From Candidatus Entotheonellaceae bacterium (GTDB lineage Bacteria > Tectomicrobia > Entotheonellia > Entotheonellales > Entotheonellaceae), in the NCBI GenBank assembly GCA_965238075.1, contig OZ250173.1, positions 2,112,001 to 2,176,000 of the forward strand: 64,000 nt of DNA, in the 5' to 3' direction. Each line of letters begins with the position of its first letter. Position 1 is the first letter of the stretch. A program made the position numbers and the translations under genes. The notes under the pieces are model-generated. The model saw only the letters and a program-made list of their open reading frames with translations. It ran no database searches and had not been told where the DNA came from. This document shows positions 30,514-39,206 of this stretch, piece after piece.

Positions 30514-33500
30514 ATGACGGATAGCTTCTTTGACCGACCGATCCTGAATTCGCCCTACGAGTACCCATCACGCCATTGGGAACTCGATGAGAGCGGTCAG
30601 CCTACGAGCCGAATCCTCGATCATCGTCGCCGCGTCTCGTTCATCACGCCGATCCCGAAGCCTAAAAAGAGTAAGCTGAGTCAGCGCGAACTGGTCTTCG
30701 ACGAGGCCGCGCAGAAGCTCGCCACCGAGAGCCAGCAATATGATTTGACGGAAATTATCAACAGCGTTCGCCACGCCGTCGATAGCTGGCGGGCGCTGCC
30801 GGATTCCGCCCAATGGCGCGTGACTCCCGAGACGGCCCGTCTGCTGCGGCACTGGCGCCATCACGAATTCAACAGTTTCCGCCCCTTCTTCTGTCAGGTC
30901 GAAGCGGTGGAGACCGTGATCTGGCTGACCGAGGTCGCGCCCACCCTGGGTGCCGCCGGCAAGCGGTTTCTCGAACATCTGGATGCAGTAAACGAACAGG
31001 CGAACCCGGAGCTCGCCCGGCTGGCGCTGAAGCTTGCCACCGGCGCCGGCAAGACCACCGTCATGGCTATGCTGATCGCCTGGCAGACGATCAACGCGAT
31101 CCGCCACCCCAACAGCCGGCGCTTCACCCGCGGCTTCCTGGTCGTCACCCCCGGCATCACCATCAAGGACCGCCTTCGCGTGCTCCAGCCCAACGACCCG
31201 GACAGCTACTACCAAAGCCGGGAGCTGGTTCCCGACGACATGCTCGGCGATGTCGACCGGGCGAAGATCGTCATCACCAACTTCCACGCCTTCAAGCCCA
31301 GGGAGACGATGGCCGTCTCGAAGGGAGGCCGTGACCTTCTCCAAGGGCGCGGCCCCGAGCTGCGCTCGCTGGAGACCACGGGCCAGATGCTCCAGCGCGT
31401 CATGCCGCAGCTCATGGGCATGAAAAACGTCATGGTGTTGAACGACGAGGCGCATCACTGCTACCGCGAGAAGCCCGGGGCAGACGACGAAGGCGACCTG
31501 AAAGGCGACGACCGCGAGGAGGCCAAAAAGAACTGGGAAGCGGCCCGGCTCTGGATATCCGGGCTGGAGGCGGTCGGCCGGAAACTCGGCCTCAACCGTG
31601 TGATCGATCTCTCGGCGACGCCGTTCTTCCTGCGCGGTTCGGGCTACGCCGAAGGAACGCTCTTTCCCTGGACCCTGTGCGATTTCTCGCTCATGGACGC
31701 GATCGAATGCGGCATCGTCAAGCTGCCCCGGGTGCCGGTAGCCGACAACATCCCGGGCGGCGACATGCCGAAATTCCGCAACCTGTGGGATCACATTGGC
31801 AAGGAGATGCCGAAGAAGGGCCGCGGCAAGGCGTCCGATCTTGATCCGCTCAAGATTCCGGTTACGCTCCAGACGGCGCTGGAAGCCCTCTACGGCCACT
31901 ACGCGGAGACGTTCGAGCTTTGGCGCAAGGCGAACATCGACGTCCCGCCCTGCTTCATCGTGGTCTGCAACAACACATCCACCTCGAAGCTGGTCTATGA
32001 CTACATTTCCGGCTTCCTGCGCGAGAACCCCGACGGTTCCACGACTCTGGAGAGCGGCCGTCTTGAGCTGTTCCGGAACTTCGACGAGCACGGCAATCCG
32101 CTCGCCCGCCCGCACACGCTGCTCATCGACAGCGAGCAACTCGAATCCGGGCAGGCGCTTGACAGGAACTTCCGCCGCATGGCCGCGGACGAGATCGAGC
32201 GTTTCCGCCGCGAGATCGTCGAGCGCACGGGCGACCGCCAACAGGCCGAGAACCTCTCCGACCAGGATCTACTGCGCGAGGTGATGAACACCGTGGGCAA
32301 GGCGGGCAGGCTCGGCGGTGCGACCCGCTGCGTCGTTTCAGTCTCGATGCTGACGGAAGGCTGGGATGCCAACACGGTCACCCATGTCCTCGGCGTGCGC
32401 GCCTTCGGCACCCAACTTCTCTGCGAGCAGGTGATCGGTCGGGCGCTGCGCCGACAATCCTACGACCTGAATGAAGAAGACCGCCTGGACGTTGAATATG
32501 CCGACGTGCTCGGCATCCCGTTCGACTTCACGGCCAAGCCGGTGGCCGCCCCACTGCAGCCGCCACGCCCGATCGTGCAGGTCAAGGCGATCAGCCCGGA
32601 CCGCGACGCATGCGAGATCCGCTTCCCGCGTGTCGCGGGCTATCGCATCGAGTTGCCGGACGAGCGATTGCAAGCCAGGTTCGACGACGATTCGACGCTG
32701 GAACTCACCCCCGAGATCGTCGGTCCCTCGATCACCCGCAACGAGGGAATCATCGGAGAGGGTGTGAACTTGAGCCTTGAGCACCTCGGCGATTTGCGTG
32801 TCTCGACGCTTCTTTTTCATCTCACGAAGCGACTGATCGAGACGAAGTGGCGCGATCCCGGCGAGGAGCCGAAGCTCTTCCTCTTCGGCCAGCTCAAGCG
32901 AATCACGCGCCAATGGCTGGACAGCCATCTCATCTGCAAGGGCGGGACCTACCCGGCGCAGCTCATGTACCAGGAACTCGCGGACATGGCCTGCGAGCGC
33001 ATCACCAACGGAATCGTCGAGGCGCATGTCGGCGAGCGCCCGGTCAAGGCCGTTCTCGACTCCTACAACCCCGCCGGTTCGACGGCCCATGTCCGCTTCG
33101 CCACCTCGAAGAAGACTCTTTGGAAGACCGATTCGCGTCGCTGTCACGTCAACTGGGTGGTCTGTGACAGCGACTGGGAGGCGGAGTTCTGCCGCGTTGC
33201 GGAAGCGCATCCCCGGGTCCGCGCCTACGTCAAGAACCAGGGCTTGGGCCTGGAGGTGCCCTATCGCCGCGGTGCCTCGGCTCACACCTACATCCCCGAT
33301 TTCATCGTGCGGGTGGACGACGGGCTCGGCGGCGACGATCCGTTGCACTTGGTCGTCGAAATCAAGGGGTATCGGGGGGAGGACGCGAAAGAAAAGAAAG
33401 AGACCATGGACACCTACTGGGTGTCCGGCGTGAATCGGCTCGGCACCTACGGGCGCTGGGCCTTCGTGGAGTTTGCGGATGTGTATGATATGCAATCCGA

Positions 33501-33645
33501 TTTCGAGACCAGAGTGGAGGTCGAATTCAATCGTTTGATGAATCAGTTCCGGCCAAAGGAAGGGGTTGCGGCCGCCGAATGGTCGGCCAGGGTAGGGGGT
33601 AGCGCCCCGGGTATTGAATACGTTTCGCGACGGCGGTCAACATGA
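30514..33645 (+). CDS. res: Type III restriction enzyme Res subunit
   Basis: LATGAGKT, DEAHH, SAT, EGWD, QVIGRALR, C-terminal YIPDF...VEIKG nuclease motif; GGAGG RBS. Confidence 0.93.
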   Translation: MTDSFFDRPILNSPYEYPSRHWELDESGQPTSRILDHRRRVSFITPIPKPKKSKLSQRELVFDEAAQKLATESQQYDLTEIINSVRHAVDSWRALPDSAQWRVTPETARLLRHWRHHEFNSFRPFFCQVEAVETVIWLTEVAPTLGAAGKRFLEHLDAVNEQANPELARLALKLATGAGKTTVMAMLIAWQTINAIRHPNSRRFTRGFLVVTPGITIKDRLRVLQPNDPDSYYQSRELVPDDMLGDVDRAKIVITNFHAFKPRETMAVSKGGRDLLQGRGPELRSLETTGQMLQRVMPQLMGMKNVMVLNDEAHHCYREKPGADDEGDLKGDDREEAKKNWEAARLWISGLEAVGRKLGLNRVIDLSATPFFLRGSGYAEGTLFPWTLCDFSLMDAIECGIVKLPRVPVADNIPGGDMPKFRNLWDHIGKEMPKKGRGKASDLDPLKIPVTLQTALEALYGHYAETFELWRKANIDVPPCFIVVCNNTSTSKLVYDYISGFLRENPDGSTTLESGRLELFRNFDEHGNPLARPHTLLIDSEQLESGQALDRNFRRMAADEIERFRREIVERTGDRQQAENLSDQDLLREVMNTVGKAGRLGGATRCVVSVSMLTEGWDANTVTHVLGVRAFGTQLLCEQVIGRALRRQSYDLNEEDRLDVEYADVLGIPFDFTAKPVAAPLQPPRPIVQVKAISPDRDACEIRFPRVAGYRIELPDERLQARFDDDSTLELTPEIVGPSITRNEGIIGEGVNLSLEHLGDLRVSTLLFHLTKRLIETKWRDPGEEPKLFLFGQLKRITRQWLDSHLICKGGTYPAQLMYQELADMACERITNGIVEAHVGERPVKAVLDSYNPAGSTAHVRFATSKKTLWKTDSRRCHVNWVVCDSDWEAEFCRVAEAHPRVRAYVKNQGLGLEVPYRRGASAHTYIPDFIVRVDDGLGGDDPLHLVVEIKGYRGEDAKEKKETMDTYWVSGVNRLGTYGRWAFVEFADVYDMQSDFETRVEVEFNRLMNQFRPKEGVAAAEWSARVGGSAPGIEYVSRRRST

Positions 33646-34115
33646 ATACCAGGCTTTACACAGACGGGGAGCTCACCGAACTCCGGTTAATGCCGAAACG
33701 GATAACCAACCCGAGGGCACGCTGGTTGGAAAAGCCCAAGGGGAGGCCCGCGCACCATCAACGCAACTTTCAAGCGTCCGGGCAACAAAACGAAGAGGCG
33801 CGTTTCTCGGTTTATCAACGTCAGAACCTAAACGACGACAGCGATTTTTCGTGCGGCATCTCATGCCTCTCGCCCAGCGGTCCGTCTCTGACGCTGGCGC
33901 GTTACAATGGCCCGAGCCATGCGCATGGCGACATCGTATACCGTCCGCACATTCATCGCGCTTCGGAGAGAGCTATCACGGCGGGCAGGAAACCGGAGTC
34001 CGAGGCTGAAGCAACCAACCGATTCGAGACTCTTGAGGGCGCTCTGGCTTGCCTGATGGAAGACTTCAATTTGACCGGACTCGACGCTCAACACGATCAA
34101 CCGAGGATGTTCTGA
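33642..34115 (+). CDS. Hypothetical protein with His-rich motif (RYNGPSHAH...PHIH)
   Basis: 157 aa; ATGA overlap with res and TGATG overlap with the next gene. Confidence 0.75.
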   Translation: MNTRLYTDGELTELRLMPKRITNPRARWLEKPKGRPAHHQRNFQASGQQNEEARFSVYQRQNLNDDSDFSCGISCLSPSGPSLTLARYNGPSHAHGDIVYRPHIHRASERAITAGRKPESEAEATNRFETLEGALACLMEDFNLTGLDAQHDQPRMF

Positions 34116-34894
34116 TGATCGACCTCGACGCACTCCGAAAATTGTTATGCGAGCGTCTCTGCGAAGACGTAGGAGTCGAACAGCGCCCAGACGGCGCATT
34201 GATGCTGCGCACGCGCTTTGAGTTTCCTGACGGAGACCGCTACCCGATTCACCTTGCCGAAGCAGGGCCGGGCGGGCTCCGGTTGTCGGACCGCGGGCAT
34301 ACACTCATGCACATCAGCTACGAGCACGACGTGGACGCGTTTCTGGACGCAACCCGAGGAATGCTCCTTGAGCGCATCATGGGTGAGACCGGGCTTCAAT
34401 GGGACGGCGGCGCTCTCTGCCTCGATGCACCACCCGAGCGGTTGCCAGAGGCCATTTTTGCTTTTGGACAGGCACTGACCAGGGTCTACGACCTGACGTT
34501 GCTGTCCCGCTCGAACGTTGGCTCCACGTTCTATGACGACTTGGCCGATCTCCTCTTCAGCACGGTAGACGAAGCCAAGATCGAACGGGATTACCAACCG
34601 GAAGTACCAAACGCTGACGTCTATCCGGTGGATTACCGCATCGAGGGCAAGAGCGGCGTTCCTCTGTTCTTTTACGGTGTGCCAAACCGTGACAAGGCAC
34701 GCCTGACGACCATTATGCTGTCGCATTTCCATCGGCACGCCCTCCGCTTCGAGTCCATCCTCGTATTCGAAGATCAGGCAGAGATTCCGAGGCGGGACCT
34801 GGCGAGACTCTCCGACGTCGGCGGCGACATGATCTCATCGCTGGCATCGCGGGAAGATTTCAACCGAAAAGTCTTGCAGCGCGTCGCAGCGTGA
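34115..34894 (+). CDS. DUF1828-like protein with possible restriction-endonuclease-fold C-terminus
   Basis: TRFEFPDGD...LSDRGHT pattern recalled for DUF1828; C-terminal YPVDYRI...ILVFEDQ...LARLSDV. Confidence 0.7.
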   Translation: MIDLDALRKLLCERLCEDVGVEQRPDGALMLRTRFEFPDGDRYPIHLAEAGPGGLRLSDRGHTLMHISYEHDVDAFLDATRGMLLERIMGETGLQWDGGALCLDAPPERLPEAIFAFGQALTRVYDLTLLSRSNVGSTFYDDLADLLFSTVDEAKIERDYQPEVPNADVYPVDYRIEGKSGVPLFFYGVPNRDKARLTTIMLSHFHRHALRFESILVFEDQAEIPRRDLARLSDVGGDMISSLASREDFNRKVLQRVAA

Positions 34895-34958
34895 CGCCTG
34901 GAGAACGCGTACCGCGCATGCGGCCCTGATGAAATGGCTCCAACGCAAGGAGAGCTTC

Positions 34959-35261
34959 ATGAAGTTGAAGGTAATCATTCACGAAGCCGAAGAAGGCGGC
35001 TATTGGGCCGAGGTGCCCGCCATTCCGGGATGCGCAACGCAGGGAGAGACGTTCGAGGAGTTGCTCGGCAACCTCTATGAGGCCGTCGAAGGGTGCCTCT
35101 CCGTTGACGTCCGCGGCATCTCCGCTTCGATAGTGGCTCAGTTTGAATTTTCTCCCTCACCCCAACCCTCTCCCAGAGGGAGAGGGAGCATCAATTTCCC
35201 AAAGAAGAAGGTCCTCTTGCCCTCTGGAGCGCTTAATCCCCCTCCCTCTGGGAGGGGCTAG
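34959..35261 (+). CDS. hicB: HicB family antitoxin, C-terminus altered by MITE insertion
   Basis: [23 protein letters not shown]...N..EAV; AAGGAG RBS; no hicA adjacent. Confidence 0.8.
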   Translation: MKLKVIIHEAEEGGYWAEVPAIPGCATQGETFEELLGNLYEAVEGCLSVDVRGISASIVAQFEFSPSPQPSPRGRGSINFPKKKVLLPSGALNPPPSGRG

Positions 35262-35328
35262 GGGAGGGCTTAGGGAGGGGGCGATGCGCCGGCAGAAGTG
35301 AAGGGGCATTTGAAACTGAGCCACTACC
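35129..35328. mobile_element. 200-bp non-autonomous element (MITE)
   Basis: 19-bp terminal IRs GATAGTGGCTCAGTTTGAA / TTGAAACTGAGCCACTACC (2 mismatches); 8-bp direct repeat TCCGCTTC at 35121-35128 and 35329-35336. Confidence 0.85.
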
Positions 35329-36354
35329 TCCGCTTCCGGTGCACGGCGAGGCGGCACTGAAACGAGGCCTGCAAAGACATCTGATGAAGCTTGGGGATAT
35401 TGATGAATCGGAACTGTAACAACGCGCCGTCCGCCACGCGCGCCGGAGGCTGATTCACATGGCCAGATCACGCGGTAAGTCTCTGAAGAGCGTCGAAACG
35501 CTGGTCCACGGTCAGGCGGCGCGGCGCAACATCCCGACGGCAGAGTATCACCCGGTGCTGCCGGATGAGGACAAGGCACCGATCCGGGTCGCCTACGAAC
35601 GCCGCAACCGCGACCTCGACCCGCAACTCGTCTGGCGCGGCAAGGACATGCAGGACTGGTCCGATCTGGTGGTCCAGGCACCGCCGCTCTACATCCAGGA
35701 GAAGGTGCACCCCAAGGTGCTGATCGACGACCTGCTAAGGGAGTCGAAAGCGCGGGCGAAGCAGGACGTGCCCGAGACGCTGGACTTGTTCGCGGACTTC
35801 AACGGTCTGCCGAGTGAGGACGCCAAGACCGAGTTCTATCAGCACGATGCCAACTGGTCGAACCGAATGATCCTCGGCGACAGCCTGCAGGTGATGGCGT
35901 CGCTGGCCGAGCGTGAGGGGCTGCGCGGCAAGGTGCAGTGCATCTATATCGACCCGCCCTACGGCATCAAGTTCAACTCCAACTTCCAGTGGTCGACCAC
36001 CAGCCGTGACGTAAAGGACGGCAAGGCTGATCACATTACCCGAGAGCCGGAACAGGTGAGGGCCTTTCGTGATACGTGGCGGGACGGCATTCACTCATAC
36101 CTGACGTATCTCCGTGATCGGCTGACCGTGGCGCGGGACCTGTTGTCGGATAGCGGGTCGATCTTTGTGCAGATCGGCGATGAGAATGTTCATCTCGTTC
36201 GAACATTACTTGAAGAAGTGTTTGGCTCTAAACTTCGTGAGTCAGATTAGCTTCGCGAAGACCACCGGATTTTCGGGCGACTATCTGTCTAACGTTTCAG
36301 ACTACCTACTTTGGTTTTCAAAATCTTTCGACAGATTGAAATTTCGGGAACTAA

Positions 36355-37280
36355 GAACTTATCCTTAAATAGAAATAATCTTCCTGTACGTGATGATAGC
36401 AGCGGCCAATTGCAGCAGGGCGACATGGGTCGCATGGTATTTCTCGAACCGAACCAGGAGCTTGCGAAACCGGTTGAACCATGAATGGCTCACTTCAACA
36501 ATCCATCTCCTGGCCTTATAGCCAGGATTGGCTTTTTTCTCCCGAATCTCTTCACCCCGTTGCTTCACGTACGGCACGTAGCCATGCGAGACGATAATCC
36601 CTAAGGCCGCTTTACCACTGTAACCTTTGTCCGCACACAAGTGCTGTTCAAGACCCTGGGGTCGAACCATGACGATTGCTTCCAAGACCCTTTCGAGTTG
36701 GCTGACATCATGCCGGTTCGCTCCAGTTACGACGAGCGATAGCGGGGCGCCACGACCGTCGACCAACAAGTGACGCTTGCTACCTTTTTTTCCCCCTGTC
36801 GGTGGGGTTTCGACCCACGCTTTGCTGGGCCAGTGGGGCTTTGACCATGGCGCCGTCTATGCTTTGCCATCGCCAGGCGATGCCTTCCATGTCGTCGTAT
36901 TCGGCTAGCCCGGCTCGCCACAAAGACAAGAAGAACCCCGCTTCGGTCCAGCGCATAAAATGGGCATGGATGGCACTGGGGCTGCCATATGTTTCCTTGG
37001 GCAGGGCTTTCCATTGACAGCCGGTGCGCAAGACATAGACGATGGCCTCGAAGACACGTCGTGGCGCTATGGGTTTTCTACCGGCGCCGGGTTTGCGCTT
37101 GTAGGTCTTGTTCGGGTCGCGTTTGGGGAGTGGTATGAGGGGCTCGACTTTAGCCCAGAAGGAATCCGATACTTCCCACGAGTGTAGGGTTGCCATAGAG
37201 TCTCCATGCGCTCCGGGTTGAACGTGAAGACGAAGACAGGATAGGACATACCAAATACCATGCTATTTAAGGATAGGTTC
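36355..37280 (-). mobile_element. IS5-family insertion sequence, 926 bp
   Basis: 18-bp IRs GAACTTATCCTTAAATAG / CTATTTAAGGATAGGTTC (1 mismatch); 3-bp TAA target duplication at 36352-36354 and 37281-37283; lower GC than the flanks. Confidence 0.95.
36365..37196 (-). CDS. IS5 family transposase in two frames (OrfA 37196-36780, OrfB to 36365)
   Basis: LRTGCQW..LP, SIDG, NPTDRGKK / GSKRHLLVDG, ADKGY, RWIVE; G5A7 run at the junction (36785-36796); stop codon lies inside the terminal IR. Confidence 0.9.
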
Positions 37281-39206
37281 TAAGCCTCGTGAAGCAACCC
37301 GGAGAACCGGGAGCAACCGCTTATCGCAGTTTATCCGAGCTTCCAGGGGCGTTTGACCAATTCGAGCCGACGCGCCTTGCGACGTCAGATCAGCTGACGT
37401 CGCAAGGCGCGTCGGTCAATACAGAACAATCGTTCAATTTTAGGGAATGCGTGAGGACGCCCCCGAAGGGCCTCCATTGGAAAACCACAGTCGATGGAAT
37501 GATGCGATTGGACAAATGCGGTCGCGTCTTTTTGGTTGGTAACACTCTTCGCTATCTGCGGTTTCTCGACGACTTTCCAGTAGTTCCGTTCACGAACAAC
37601 TGGACTGACACTGGAATAGCCGGTTACACGGCTGACAAAATATTTGTAGTGCAAACGCTCCCCAAAGTCATCGAACGTTGTGTCCTGACAACCACCGACC
37701 CCGGCGACTTGGTGCTCGACCCAACCTGCGGCTCCGGCACCACCGCCTACGTCGCCGAGCAGTGGGGCCGGCGCTGGATCACCATCGACACCAGCCGCGT
37801 GGCCTTGGCTCTGGCCCGCGCCCGAGTTATGGGCGCGCGCTACCCTTACTATCTGCTTGCCGACAGCCGGGAGGGTCAGCGGAAGGAAGCTGAGATCAGT
37901 CGCAGGGCGCCGTCCGATGCACCGACCCACGGTGATATCAGACAAGGTTTCGTTTACGAACGTGTCCTGCACATCACCCTCAAATCCATCGCCAACAACG
38001 CCGAGATCGACGTGATCTGGGAGAGGTTTCAGGAGACGCTGGAGCCGCTCCGCGCCCAGCTCAACGCGGCGCTCGGCGAGAGCTGGGAAGAGTGGGAGAT
38101 TCCGCGCGATGCGGCGGAGGACTGGCCCGATGAGGCCAAGGAGGTTCACCGCGACTGGTGGGCGGCGCGTATCGCCCGCCAGAAGGAGATCGACGCCTCC
38201 ATCGCCGCCAAGGCGGATTACGAATATCTATACGACAAGCCCTATACCGACAATTCCTGCATCCGAGTCGCTGGTCCGTTCACGGTCGAGAGTCTCGCGC
38301 CTCACCGGACGCTGGCCGTGGACGAAAACGACGAGATTGTCCGCAATCTCGCGGAGGCGAAGCTGGGCTACGGCGAGTCGCAGGATTTCGCCGCCATGGT
38401 CTTGGCGCATCTGGCCATGGCCGGCGTCCAGCAGGCGCACAAGGAGGACCGTATCGCCTTCTCCTCGCTCGCGCCCTGGCCGGGCGACTATGTCTGCGCC
38501 GAAGGGCGCTATGTCGAGGGCGATGACGAGACCGGCATCGAGCGTCGCGCCGCCGTCTTCATCGGCCCCGAGTTCGGCACGGTCTCGCGCCCGGATTTGG
38601 TCGCCGCGGCGCGCGAGGCGGCCGACGCGGGTTTCGACGTGCTGATTGCCTGCGCCTTCAGCTACGACGCCCATTCCGCCGAATTCGAGAAACTCGGGCG
38701 CATCCCGGTCCTCAAGGCGCGCATGAACGCCGACCTCCACATGGCCGGCGACCTCAAGAACACTGGCAAGGGCAATCTGTTCGTCATCTTCGGCGAACCC
38801 GATATCGACATATCGGATGCCGGTGGCGAGCAGATCCGGGTGAAGATCAACGGCGTCGACGTCTTCCACCCCAACAGCGGCGAGGTGCGCGCCGCCGGCG
38901 CCGACGGCATCGCCTGCTGGTTCATCGATACCGACTACAACGAAGAGAGCTTCTTCGTCCGCCACGCCTACTTCCTCGGCGCCAATGACCCCTACAAGGC
39001 GCTCAAGACCACGCTGAAGGCCGAAATCGACCCCGACGCCTGGGCGACGCTCAACAGCGACACCTCCCGCCCCTTCGACCGCCCGCAATCCGGACGCATC
39101 GCCGTCAAGGTCATCAACCACCTCGGTGACGAGGTGATGAAGGTGTTCCGGGCATGAACGGAAGTGGCGAACCGGATCGGTGTGCCGATCACGGTGGAGA
39201 CCTGAG

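Larger units (their letters stand above)
35459..39157 (+). pseudogene. mod: Type III R-M methyltransferase Mod, disrupted by a frameshift (~36230) and an IS5 insertion
   Basis: DPPY in the N-terminal part, DPTCGSGTT in the C-terminal part. Reading continues NFVSQISFAKTTGFS in the +1 frame after 36230, and FREL|SLVKQPG across the IS. Confidence 0.92.

Noticed and set aside
36200-36260. Phase-variable mod (phasevarion)
   Set aside because: No simple sequence repeat at the frameshift, only AAA; it looks like an ordinary indel or an assembly error.
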